Below, one piece after another: positions 28,401 through 37,111 of a stretch of DNA of 64,000 nt. The number at the start of each line of letters is the position of its first letter. Within the stretch, counting starts at the first letter, position 1. The position numbers and the translations under genes were made by a program. The notes under the pieces were generated by a model. That model worked only from the letters and a program-made list of their open reading frames with translations, was not told the origin of the DNA and made no database searches. The stretch is from the NCBI GenBank assembly GCA_016709545.1, contig JADJMO010000001.1, forward strand, positions 68,372 to 132,371, read 5' to 3'. This DNA comes from Myxococcales bacterium. GTDB taxonomy: Bacteria > Myxococcota_A > Polyangia > Polyangiales > JADJMO01.

Positions 28401-30993
28401 GCTTGACGCCCTCGCCGTCGGCGAGCTCGCGCTTGTCGCGCAGGTTGCGGACCGCGTCCTGCCGGCACACCTTGAGGCGGGTGCCGAGCTCGTCGGCGCG
28501 CACGTTCTCGCCGAGATCCGCGAGCCGTTCGACCGACTCGCCCACCTTCTGGACCATCGGATCGCTGGCGAAATACGCCTGGAGGTCGTCCTCGGTGGCG
28601 AACGTGGCGGCCTTGCGGACGATGCCCGCGATCATGCGGTCGCCCGCGGAGCCGAGCGCCGCGGCGCGCTTGTGGCGCTCGTCGGCGAGGGTCTGGCGGC
28701 GCGAGCCGAAGGTCTCGGTGACCTCGTCGCGCTTGTCGATCTCGACGGCGAACTCCTCGAGCTCGCCGAACCGACCCGGGAGCTCCTCGAGGCGGAGCAG
28801 CAGCTTGCCGAGCTCGGCGTCGCAGCCGGCCGGGGTCGAGGCGGCGCTCACCGCGGCGGAGACCGCGTGGGCGAACACCCCGAGCTGCACCGCGAGCTCG
28901 GCGCGCCCCTCGCGGCCGTAGAGCTCCTTCTTCTTGGAGTCGTAGCTGGCGCGGACGCGGTTGAGCACCGCGAGCGCCTTCGAGAGCTGCTCGAGCACCC
29001 GCGTGCGCACCGTGGCGTCGTCGACCTCGAGCGCCGAGACGGTCTCGCCGAGGAGCAGGAGCCGCTCGTGCAGGGTGTCGAGCTTCTCCTTGTGCGGCTT
29101 GAGGTCGACGGCCTTGGCGGCCTTGTCGATCTCGCCGCCGAGCTGCTCGACCGACGCGATCACCGGGGTCCACGCGCCCTCGGACTCGAAGTAGGTGACG
29201 CAGGCCGTCCGCACCTCGACGAAGCGCGCGTCGACGGCCTTCTCGAGGAGGTCGATGGCGCCGAGGTCGATGTACCGGAGCTCGCGGAGCGAGACGAGCT
29301 TGCCGCGCTGGGTGCGGAGGGCCGAGAGCGCGGCGAGGAAGCTCTCCGCGGAGGGAGCGTCCTCCGGGCGCTGCGTCGAGAGCAGCGTCTTCTGCGCCTC
29401 GGTCGCCTCGACCACGGCCTTCTCGGCCTGCGCGCGGTACTGCTCGACCTTCTCGAACTCGGCGAGGATCGCGTCGGCGCTCTTGCGCACGTCCTTGAGC
29501 GCGCTCTTGAGGTCGAACGCCTCGGCGTGGCCGATCCAGTAGTGGTCGTCGATGGCCCGACCGACGACGGTGATGAGCTCCTCGAACGTGCGGCGGGTTG
29601 GGGTCTCGGTCAGGGCGAGCCGGCGCACGGCGTAGGCGTCGCTCACGCCGCGCACGAGCGCCGGGTTGCCGACCTTGGCCAGGTACGAGCCCGCGTTGGC
29701 GGTCCTGGCCTTCTTCTCGGATTCCTCGAGGGTCGAGAACGGTGTGCGCCACACCTGGAACGGGTGCACGCGCGTCGCGTCCGCACCCTCGGGGGCCCGG
29801 AAGATCGCCATCGTGCCGTCGGCGAACACGCTGTAACCGTGGCACTTGATCGGGGCGCCGAGCTCCTTGGTGATCAGGTTGTAGGGGAGCTGCAGGTAGA
29901 GCCCCTCCTCGCTCCGGTAGAACACGTAGAGGACGTCCTCGCCGTTGGGGGCGTGGATCATCGTCTCGAAGCGCATCCCCGCGGTGTCGGGGTCGAGCAC
30001 GCGGGGCCCCTCGGCCGTGACGTAGTGGCCGCCCGGGAACAGGATGCCCTGGCCCTCGGGCAGCTCGAGGCACGCCTGCCCGATCGCGTCGATGCGGGTG
30101 ACGGTCTTCTGCAGCGTGTTGTAGACGAGGTAGCGGGTGGTCTCCTCGCGGTAGGGGAGCACCTTGAGCAGGATGAGGGCGCCCACCTTGGCCCAGGAGA
30201 TCTCGCCGTCGTCGAGGGTCTGGTTCGGGTCGGCGACGGGCTCGCGCCAGATGCCGCGCCCGTCCTTGGTGTTGTTCTCGATCTTGACGGTGAGGTCGCC
30301 ACCGACCGTCTCCACGAACACCTGGTCGAGGATGTTCACGTGGGGGTGGGCGCCCATCACCTGCTGCTCGCGGCCGGTGCGGGTCCACTTGAACGCGAAG
30401 CTCGGCGGGTCGACGTTGTCTTCCTCGCCGCGCGCGTCGATGTAGGTGACCTGGTTCTTGCCGTCGATCCCGAAGCGGAACACGGTGACGTCGGTGAGCT
30501 TGTCGCCGATCTGCGCGATGATCAGCAGGCGCTTGTCGGTGCGCCGCAGCTTGAGGATGCGCGGGCCCTTGGCGTACTTGAACGCCGTGGTGAAGTCGTT
30601 GACGAAGGCGGGCGTCGCGAGGAACGTGCCCTCGAGGGCGATCGGCTCGAGGCCCTCGCCGCCGTCCGCGTCGAGGCGGTAGAGCGCGAACACATGGCCC
30701 ACGGCGGGCACGCTCTTGAGGCCGAGCGTGACGTTGAACGTGAACAGCAGGAACCCGCCCACCGAGACCATTTCGCGCGGGTGCGCGGCGTTCTCGGTGC
30801 GCACCCGGCTGGTCTGCGCGAGCTCGAACGCGGACGAGCCGAAGATGGCCTTGCGCGCGGCGTTCACCTGCTCCGCGCGCGTGGTCAGCTCGGTCACGTG
30901 GCCGAGGAGCCGCTGCCGGACGACCTCGTAGCTCCCCGCGTCGAGGCCGCCGGTGCCGGCGTCCTCGCCCTTCGTTTCCGGCGCTTGGGCCAT
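25480..30993 (-). CDS. Giant (1837 aa) AAA+ ATPase (AAA_5/MoxR-type P-loop) protein, flotillin-associated, with a possible C-terminal PilZ-like domain
   Basis: ORF 1837 aa with uniformly high GC3. Walker A is LVSPPGYGKTTLMEYVASVLG and Walker B-like is VMLYVDDVQH, with an arginine-finger region. The N-terminal ~430 aa are beta-rich, followed by a long helical/coiled-coil region. The C-terminal ~110 aa carry a DLSRGD...GFGITFTDL PilZ-like pattern. It starts 8 nt after the flotillin stop. Confidence 0.8.
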   Translation of the reverse strand: MAQAPETKGEDAGTGGLDAGSYEVVRQRLLGHVTELTTRAEQVNAARKAIFGSSAFELAQTSRVRTENAAHPREMVSVGGFLLFTFNVTLGLKSVPAVGHVFALYRLDADGGEGLEPIALEGTFLATPAFVNDFTTAFKYAKGPRILKLRRTDKRLLIIAQIGDKLTDVTVFRFGIDGKNQVTYIDARGEEDNVDPPSFAFKWTRTGREQQVMGAHPHVNILDQVFVETVGGDLTVKIENNTKDGRGIWREPVADPNQTLDDGEISWAKVGALILLKVLPYREETTRYLVYNTLQKTVTRIDAIGQACLELPEGQGILFPGGHYVTAEGPRVLDPDTAGMRFETMIHAPNGEDVLYVFYRSEEGLYLQLPYNLITKELGAPIKCHGYSVFADGTMAIFRAPEGADATRVHPFQVWRTPFSTLEESEKKARTANAGSYLAKVGNPALVRGVSDAYAVRRLALTETPTRRTFEELITVVGRAIDDHYWIGHAEAFDLKSALKDVRKSADAILAEFEKVEQYRAQAEKAVVEATEAQKTLLSTQRPEDAPSAESFLAALSALRTQRGKLVSLRELRYIDLGAIDLLEKAVDARFVEVRTACVTYFESEGAWTPVIASVEQLGGEIDKAAKAVDLKPHKEKLDTLHERLLLLGETVSALEVDDATVRTRVLEQLSKALAVLNRVRASYDSKKKELYGREGRAELAVQLGVFAHAVSAAVSAASTPAGCDAELGKLLLRLEELPGRFGELEEFAVEIDKRDEVTETFGSRRQTLADERHKRAAALGSAGDRMIAGIVRKAATFATEDDLQAYFASDPMVQKVGESVERLADLGENVRADELGTRLKVCRQDAVRNLRDKRELADGEGVKLGGFTFSVTKSAIDLVVVPREEGLALHLTGTDFYQRLTDPALDELSDVWEQSIASESKAVYRGEYLAFRILDDALAGREGPDMAQLRAALRESRLLAVVSDFAAGRLDEGYERGVHDADATAILAQLMPAFEAAGPLRFTPRARGLALTFVADLATEERNVLTRRAKSVARLAAVLGDVRGVTSLKTELAPKVRAYAEAIGLAVGPSEPDDAADVVVDVLGGKIPRFPVARASDEGAKMLRRKLEEAGEYRALHDELQLLASRPRERTELAGLYARSLEKLASPLSTFAPEVAAILLTDGRADREVLSAETTLEVTGLLGSHERIRDGGMNLELAEFLVRLRHFETVTAARFRLYRARRADLLARERERMRLSEFVPKVLSSFVRNKLISEVYLPLVGANLGKQIGALGDQKRTDRMGLLFLVSPPGYGKTTLMEYVASVLGLVFVKVNGPALGHDVHSLDPAECKSLTARQEIERVNLAFEMGNNVMLYVDDVQHTSPEFLEKFISLCDAQRKVEGVFGGKSRTYDFRGKRFCVVMAANPYTESGARFRIPDMLANRADTHNLGEVLGGREDLFALSYLENALTSHPTLAPLSGRDPADLYKLARMARGEPIAASELAHGYAGAELSDILAMLKLLARVQDVLLEVNKNYIKAASQEDAYRTEPPFKLQGSYRNMSKIVQKLAPVMTMDELDRTIDEHYQAESQTLATGAEQNLLKLAELRGRMTDEQRARWEQIKEGFKRTRRGGKEGDDPVSRVTATINGLEEQLLALNKAVALAADSGARDKATTAAQLSETLTKLGQALSSVKTDVRVTLENPSPPRAVDLTAIQALGDAMVKALARTPSTDPAITQALVQKLSELEKLMVRRDAIPAVEVDLSRGDATNLTCDTARVINGVFVATYQKPPARGAEVALQLLFPGQVSGPARGKVAFTQDEAGDRPAGFGITFTDLPDETRDLVAMYAQRREPLLYDV

Positions 30994-31001
30994 GGGACCC
31001 T

Positions 31002-33044
31002 CTAGGGCGCGTCCTTCTTCACCATGCCGAGGAGCTTCTTCTGCGCGTCCTTGTCACCGCGGGCGAACCGCTCGACGAGCCCCGCGAGCTCCGGGTCGAG
31101 CGAGCCGTCCTTCACGAAGTCCCGCGCCACGTTGCGCAGGGTGACGCTCTCGCCGAGGGCCGCCTCGACCGATTGCCCGACGCCGATCGCCTTCACGTAG
31201 CGGTCGAAGAACGCGCCGTCGCCGCCCACGATGTTGAACTTCGCGTTGGCCAGCGACTTCCCGAGCACGTCGGCCTGGGCCATCGCCTGCTCCTTGCGGG
31301 CCTTGATGGTCTCGATCGCCACGGTGCGGTCCTTCTCGAGGTTGAGGCGGAACTCCTCGTGTCCGCGCCCGCTCTCGTCGAGGATCCGCATGGCCTCGGC
31401 CTTCTCGCGGATGCCGGTCGCCTCGGCGGTCATCTTCTCGCGCACGACGGAGGCCTCGGCCGCGCCCTGCTTCTGGATCGCGTCGGCCTCGGCCTGGCGC
31501 ACGGCGACCTTGGCGAAGCCCTGCTTCTGCTCGCCCTCGGCGGCGGCGTTCATCTTCTCGAGCGAGACGCGCGCCTCGACGAGGCCCTGCTTCTCGAAGG
31601 CGAGCGCGTCGGCTTCCTTCACCCGCGCGGCGGCGAGGCCCTTCGCGGCCTCCTCGGCCTGCACGCCCTCGGCGAGGCGCACCTTGGCGCGCGCCATCTT
31701 GTCGGCCGTCTCGAGCTCGGCGTCGGAGGTGAGGATCTTCTCGCGCGCCTTGTGCTTGGCGGCTTCCTCGGAGGCCTCGGCGGCCTTCACCAGCTTGACC
31801 ATGCCCTCCTGCGCCTGGGCCTCGGCGGCGAGCCGGACGACCTCCTTCTCGCGGTTGGCCTGCGCGGTCGTGCGCAGATCCTTGATCTGCTCCTCCTCGG
31901 CGGCCACGGTCTTGTCGACGGCGATGCGCGTGCGCACCACGTCGGCGATCTCCTTCTTCTGCTGCTCGAGGTCGCGGTCGCGGGCCAGCACGGCGACCTG
32001 CACCTCGCGCTCGCGCGCCACCGCCTCGAGCTGCCGCGCCTTCTCCACGCGCTCGCTCTCGACGAGGATCTCCCGCTCGCGGTTCTTCTGCGCGATCGAG
32101 ACGCCACGGTTCTTCACCTCGTTGGCGATGAGGGTCTCCTCCTCCACCTTCTGGCGCAGCAAGAGGGTGCGCTTCTGCTCCTCGAGAGCGAGCCGCGTGG
32201 CCTCGTTCTCCTCGCGAATCTTAACGACCGAAATTTCGCGATCCTTCTTGGCCTCGGCCTCGGCCTTGCGCTGCTCGAACCGGAACATCGCCTCGTCGGC
32301 GGTGAGGTTCTGGCTGCCCTTCTCGGTGCGCTCCTTCTGGCGGAGCTCGTTGGTGGCGACGTTCTTCTCCACCGTGAGGGCGGTGATCTTGCGGATGCCC
32401 TCGGAGTCCATGATGTTGTTCGGATCGAGCGCCTCGAGCGGGGTCTGCTCGAGGTAGTCGATCGCCGCGTCGTCGAGGATGAACCCGTTCAGGTCCTTGC
32501 CGATGACGCGGATGATCGCCTCCTTGAACTCCTCGCGCTTGGTGTAGAGCTGCTCGAAGTCGAAGTGCTTGCCGACCGTCTTGAGCGCCTCGGAGAACTT
32601 GGCGTTGAACAGCGCCACCAGGGTGTCCTCGTCGCTCGCCCGCGCGCAGCCAATGGACTGGGCCACCTTGAGCACGTCGTCGGCGGTCTTGTTCACCCGC
32701 ACGAAGAACGTGACGTTGATGTCGGCGCGGATGTTGTCGTTGCAGATCAGGCCCTCTTTTCCGCGGCGATCGATGTCGATCGTCTTGACGGAGAGGTCCA
32801 TCACCTCGGCGCGGTTGACGATCGGCAGCACGAGCCCACCCGTGAAGGTGACGTACGGCTTGTCGTTCCGCGAGGTGTTGATGATCAGCGCCTTGCCTTG
32901 CTCGACCTGACGGTAGAAGCGCGCGAACATCGCGCCGATCCCGAACAGGATGACGACCCCGGCGCCGATGGCGGCAAAGATGGGCAACAACTCGTGCATT
33001 GGAAGCTCGCTCCCCTGGAGGCGCGAGAGGGGTGCGCGGTGCAC
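31002..33044 (-). CDS. Flotillin/SPFH (band 7) family protein, YqiK-like
   Basis: ORF 680 aa. It has an N-terminal TM helix (LLPIFAAIGAGVVILFGIGAMF), an SPFH domain, then a long Ala/Glu/Lys-rich coiled-coil typical of flotillins. An alternative start is the ATG at 32999. Confidence 0.85.
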   Translation of the reverse strand: MHRAPLSRLQGSELPMHELLPIFAAIGAGVVILFGIGAMFARFYRQVEQGKALIINTSRNDKPYVTFTGGLVLPIVNRAEVMDLSVKTIDIDRRGKEGLICNDNIRADINVTFFVRVNKTADDVLKVAQSIGCARASDEDTLVALFNAKFSEALKTVGKHFDFEQLYTKREEFKEAIIRVIGKDLNGFILDDAAIDYLEQTPLEALDPNNIMDSEGIRKITALTVEKNVATNELRQKERTEKGSQNLTADEAMFRFEQRKAEAEAKKDREISVVKIREENEATRLALEEQKRTLLLRQKVEEETLIANEVKNRGVSIAQKNREREILVESERVEKARQLEAVAREREVQVAVLARDRDLEQQKKEIADVVRTRIAVDKTVAAEEEQIKDLRTTAQANREKEVVRLAAEAQAQEGMVKLVKAAEASEEAAKHKAREKILTSDAELETADKMARAKVRLAEGVQAEEAAKGLAAARVKEADALAFEKQGLVEARVSLEKMNAAAEGEQKQGFAKVAVRQAEADAIQKQGAAEASVVREKMTAEATGIREKAEAMRILDESGRGHEEFRLNLEKDRTVAIETIKARKEQAMAQADVLGKSLANAKFNIVGGDGAFFDRYVKAIGVGQSVEAALGESVTLRNVARDFVKDGSLDPELAGLVERFARGDKDAQKKLLGMVKKDAP

Positions 33045-33093
33045 CGCTCTTCGCTCCGTGGATCCTGCCAGGCACGGACGAACTAGGTAAAGT

Positions 33094-33822
33094 TCATGAC
33101 CGGCGGCGGCCGCTCGCTTCGTCCATCGGCGCCACGATGTACTCCTCGCGCTCCTCGTCGAACCCCACGATCACGCCCTCCTCGCCGCGCTTCATCGCCA
33201 CGCCCTCCACGCGGACGCGCAGCACGATCTCGGCGCCGGTGTCCTTGACCAGGGCCTCGCCGAAGCGCTCGTCGGCCTGGCCGGTGCGGATGGTGCAGGT
33301 CTGGCCGAGCAGGTCGCGCGAGGACTTGGCCCTCCGCGGCGTGAGCAGCGGGGCGAGCGGGCGGGTGGCCAGCTTGGTGAGCGGGAAGGCGAGGAGCGGC
33401 GCCACGACGAAGGCGAGCAGTGCCTTCACCATCATGCCCGGGTTGTAGTGGGCCTGGTGCGTGGCCCAGAGGGCGACCAGCGTGAGGATCCACGAGAAGA
33501 ACGAGACGAGCGAGAAGGAGATCGTGACCGGGACGTCCTTCAAACGGAAGAACCCCGCGATGCCGGCGGGGGCGTCCTCGCTGGCGAAGGCCTCGTGGCC
33601 GCCGTCCACGTCGTGCCCGCCGACGTCGCCCGCGTCGCCCGCATCGCCGAGGTCGGCGTGGCCGGCGTCGGCGCCGTGGCCGAGACCTTCGGCGCCGCCG
33701 TCGGCGCCCTCGCCGAGGTGGACGAGGCCGCTCATGACGAACAGCCAGTAGACCAGGGAGATCGCCACGAGCACCGTCCACACCGCCACGGGGAAGTGCA
33801 GGAACAGCGCGAAAGCGCTCAC
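33094..33822 (-). CDS. YqiJ/NfeD-like inner membrane protein (DUF1449-type, C-terminal OB-fold), flotillin partner
   Basis: ORF 242 aa with a GTG start. It has an N-terminal TM segment, a His/Asp/Gly-rich acidic stretch, two more TM helices and a C-terminal beta domain GQTCTIRTGQADERFGEALV...GVIVGFDEE. It sits directly upstream of the flotillin gene, as E. coli yqiJ does with yqiK. Confidence 0.7.
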   Translation of the reverse strand: MSAFALFLHFPVAVWTVLVAISLVYWLFVMSGLVHLGEGADGGAEGLGHGADAGHADLGDAGDAGDVGGHDVDGGHEAFASEDAPAGIAGFFRLKDVPVTISFSLVSFFSWILTLVALWATHQAHYNPGMMVKALLAFVVAPLLAFPLTKLATRPLAPLLTPRRAKSSRDLLGQTCTIRTGQADERFGEALVKDTGAEIVLRVRVEGVAMKRGEEGVIVGFDEEREEYIVAPMDEASGRRRS

Positions 33823-34295
33823 GGCCGCGCGCCCTCGGGCTCTCTCGCGAGGAGCTCGGCGATCCGGTCGAGGCGGGCGAGCAGCGCGTCGTGCTTGGTC
33901 TGCTCCGCGTCCGCCGCGGCGCGCACGTCGACCGCCGTCTCGTCGAGGGCGCGGGTCGCCATCGCGGGGCCGAACATCATCAGCAGCGTCACGATCTGCT
34001 TGCCGCGCTCGGTGCAGGCGAAGATGTCACAGTAGCCGACCGAGAGGTTGGTCGAGACGAAGACCAGTGCGTCGTTGATCGAGCGCACCTTCGGGTTGTG
34101 GCCGACCTCGGCCTTGTAGAAGAGCTGCGCCGCGACGAGGGTGGTCCAGATCACCGCGTCGGCCGGGTCCTCGCGGCTCTCCTCGCGCATCCATTGCTTG
34201 GCCTCGTCGAGGAGGTCCGGGGCGAGGAGCCCGAGCAGGAGAGACGACGCGCCCATGGCGGAAAACCGTACCGTCCGGCCACGGAAGAAGTCCAT
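33819..34295 (-). CDS. Hypothetical protein (158 aa), first gene of the flotillin operon
   Basis: It is the C-terminal part of track ORF 33819..34919, starting at ATG 34295 (MDFFRGRTVRFSAMGASSLLLGLL...). It overlaps the yqiJ-like start as GTGA. GC3 is high. Confidence 0.45.
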   Translation of the reverse strand: MDFFRGRTVRFSAMGASSLLLGLLAPDLLDEAKQWMREESREDPADAVIWTTLVAAQLFYKAEVGHNPKVRSINDALVFVSTNLSVGYCDIFACTERGKQIVTLLMMFGPAMATRALDETAVDVRAAADAEQTKHDALLARLDRIAELLAREPEGARP

Positions 34296-34707
34296 TCCGC
34301 GACTGGCCCGCCGGTTGCTGAGGGGAGAGGGCAAGACCCCGAGCCAGGAGTTCCCATGCAGCGACAGCGAGTTCCGACGGCATTTCGTGGCGTGTTCGGC
34401 GGTGGAGAGCCGGTGACCCCTGACGCCCGCGCCAAGCGGGTGACGCCCGGGCCCTCGAGCCACCTGCTCGGCGTGGTCGAGGCGCTGCTGTCGAGCGACC
34501 CCGAGGAGGCCCGGACACTGGTCCTCGAGATCGCGTCCAGGGTGCGCGCCCACGCCTGGCACGCCGGCGGCACTCAACAGGCGGCGCGGGCGGCCGCGCT
34601 CGCCGATCGGCTGCAGAGGGCCGGAGACAGCGGCGACCTGCGCTCGCTGTTCGCCGGCGCGCGATGACTTGACCCGATCCCGACCTGTCGCGGCACCATC
34701 AGGGTGC

Positions 34708-35571
34708 ATGAAGCTCGTCCCATCGGTCGCCGCGGTCGTGTTCGTCTCGGCGTGTGGTGGTGAGTCGACCCAGACCGGGCTCGACGACGGTGGGACCCTG
34801 ACAAGCGAAACGGGCCCGGACACGACAGGTCTGGTGGACACTCGGCCCCCCGGCGTGCCGACGGGCCCGGGTGACGGCAAGTTCCAGAAGGCCTTCCGCG
34901 ACGGCGGGGTCGGGGTCACCTGCGAGATGACCTACGACGACATGGTCAAGAGCGGCGCACCCTCGATCACGAGCGGCGCCACCACCATCTTCGTCGGATT
35001 CCAGCAGTACGGCGCCAATCAGGACCCGGTCTTCTACCGCTTCGATGACAAGAAGAAGGTCTACTGCGAGCACCACGAGAAGGAGTCACCCGACGGGCGC
35101 GCGGTCGGCATCACGTGGGACGGCGGACCGACCGCGTGGGTCGTCTACACGATCGTCGGGGGCGGCAGCGCCTTCGACGGCCTCGCCAAGGGCGGCTGGA
35201 TCGCGAGCTACGGCGACGGCGGCGGCAGCTCGAAGGTCGCGGTCATCGGCGAGGTCGAGACCCAGTTCGGCACCGTGCGTCGGATGACCTTCGTGCCCGC
35301 CAAGCGGCAGGACGGCACCAAGACCAACACGCTGAACCCCGCCGACGCGATCACGGTGCTCACCGACGGTACGCTCGAGTTCAAGGGAGGCTCGGCGTTC
35401 GCGCCGCTCAACCCCGACCGAACGCCGATGTGCGTGGGCTCCACCGAGTACCCGGCCGCCCTCGACGGGGCGAAGGGCCCCTCGTACGTCGCGCGGTTCT
35501 CCGCCGATCTCAAGACGGTGCTCTGTGCCTCGACCGCGGGCTGCAGCCTCGTCAAGCAACCCTGCAAGTAG
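34708..35571 (+). CDS. Hypothetical lipoprotein
   Basis: MKLVPSVAAVVFVSAC lipobox. It is 287 aa, beta-rich, with several Cys pairs. Confidence 0.6.
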   Translation: MKLVPSVAAVVFVSACGGESTQTGLDDGGTLTSETGPDTTGLVDTRPPGVPTGPGDGKFQKAFRDGGVGVTCEMTYDDMVKSGAPSITSGATTIFVGFQQYGANQDPVFYRFDDKKKVYCEHHEKESPDGRAVGITWDGGPTAWVVYTIVGGGSAFDGLAKGGWIASYGDGGGSSKVAVIGEVETQFGTVRRMTFVPAKRQDGTKTNTLNPADAITVLTDGTLEFKGGSAFAPLNPDRTPMCVGSTEYPAALDGAKGPSYVARFSADLKTVLCASTAGCSLVKQPCK

Positions 35572-35608
35572 GCGAGTTCGCTGGTACGCGTGTTGCTGGC
35601 TATGGGGC

Positions 35609-36120
35609 ATGAAACCCCTCCTCTTCGGGCTCCTGCTCGCCGGCACCGCGTCGGGCTGCGTGGGCTACGGAATGCATCACGGCCATCACCACCACGGTGC
35701 CGGCGTCGGTGACCTGCTCGTCGTGGGCGGCATCCTGGCCGTGTCGGCGATCGCGAACGCGGCCGACGAGCCGCCGCCCCCGACCCGCCGCCCGCGACCG
35801 GTCCAATCGTCGTCGCGACGCCGAGCGGCGCCTTCGACAAGGGCGCCGCCAAGAAGGCGCTTGCTGCGGTGCCCTACAAGGACTGTGGCCAGGGCGGCGA
35901 GGCCACGGTCGTCCTGGTCTTCTCGTCGAACGGCAAGGTGAAGCAGGCGGGCTTCGCCGACGGCGCCCTGCCGCCCGAGGTGGGCGCCTGCGTCCTCGCG
36001 CGGTTCCAGGGCGTCGAGGTGCCTCCGTTCGTGAAGGAGACGCAGACCGTGTCGTGGCGCATCTCGCTGCCGCAGCCCGTCGCTGCACCGGCCCCGACGA
36101 GCAAGCCGCTCGACATGTGA
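35609..36120 (+). CDS. Lipoprotein with a His-rich stretch, Pro-rich linker and TonB-C-like C-terminal domain; apparent frameshift in a C5 run near 35779
   Basis: The N-terminus MKPLLFGLLLAGTASGC...HHGHHHHGAG...ADEPPPP is in frame 2. The C-terminus PDPPPATGPIVVATPSGAFDKGAAKKALAAVPYKDCGQGGEATVVLVF...PLDM* is in frame 1. Confidence 0.5.
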
Positions 36121-36258
36121 CCGGCCGACCGGAGCCGGACGTTCACGGGCGGCCACGGCACAGACATCCTGCCATTGCTGCCATGCGGGCGGCGAAGTAG
36201 CCAAGATCCCTCCCTCCGTTCACCTTCGCGTCGCACGGGCCAGGCACCCTGCGCCGAC

Positions 36259-37110
36259 ATGACGCGCATCGCCCACCTGACCGACCTCCACCTCGTCGAG
36301 CGCCGGCCCGAGGCCCGCTCGTGGCAGGACCGCCTGCGGATCCAGACGATCTCGCAAGGGCGGCCGATCGACTCCGAGCGGCCCCGCCGCCGCCTGCGCC
36401 GGGCCTTCGCGGAGGCCCGCGCCGCGCGGGCCGACCATGTCGTCGTCACCGGTGACCTCACCGAGGACGGCATCCCCGCCCAGTTCGAGGTCCTCGCCGA
36501 GGAGCTCCACGCGGCGCCGTTCGCGCCCGAGCAGATCACCCTGGTGCCCGGGAACCACGATGGCTACACCTCGGGCGACGCCTTCGAGAAGGCGCTCGCC
36601 GGCCCGCTCGCCGCGTTCCGCGTCACGAGCCGCCCGGGCACCGCTGTCGAGCTGAAGGGCGCCACCGTCGTCGCGCTCTCCACCACCATCCACCAGCACT
36701 GGCTGCGCGCGGCCGGAGAGCTCGGCGAGCGGCAGCGTCGTCGCATCCACGACGTGCTGCACGCGCGCGAGCGCCGTGGCGCGACGGTGCTCGCGATGCA
36801 CCACCCACCGTTCACCTTCGGGCTGCGGCTCGGCTGGCTCGAGGGCCTGCTCGACCTCGGCTTCGTGCGCACGATGCTGCGTCCGTTCCGCAGCGCGCAC
36901 GTGCTGTGCGGGCACGTCCACGAGCGCGGTGACCACCGCCTCGGGCCGGCGCGACATGCGCGGCTCCACACCGCGCACTCCGTGGCCGAGGACGACCGCG
37001 CCCTCCGCCTCTACGACGCCATCGACGATCGGCTCGTACCGAGCGACGGTCCCGTGCCGTTCGCGCTCGCCATGCGCGCCTTCCGGCAGTCCGCGCTCGG
37101 AGAAGCCTGA
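36259..37110 (+). CDS. Calcineurin-like metallophosphoesterase
   Basis: MTRIAHLTDLHL..., GDLTEDG, GNHD, HHPP and GHVHER motifs are present. Confidence 0.75.
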   Translation: MTRIAHLTDLHLVERRPEARSWQDRLRIQTISQGRPIDSERPRRRLRRAFAEARAARADHVVVTGDLTEDGIPAQFEVLAEELHAAPFAPEQITLVPGNHDGYTSGDAFEKALAGPLAAFRVTSRPGTAVELKGATVVALSTTIHQHWLRAAGELGERQRRRIHDVLHARERRGATVLAMHHPPFTFGLRLGWLEGLLDLGFVRTMLRPFRSAHVLCGHVHERGDHRLGPARHARLHTAHSVAEDDRALRLYDAIDDRLVPSDGPVPFALAMRAFRQSALGEA

Positions 37111-37111
37111 C

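Noticed and set aside
33819-34919. Full 366 aa ORF as the operon's first gene
   Set aside because: Its N-terminal 200 aa are Pro/Arg/Gly-rich and low-complexity. Only the C-terminal 158 aa from ATG 34295 look protein-like.
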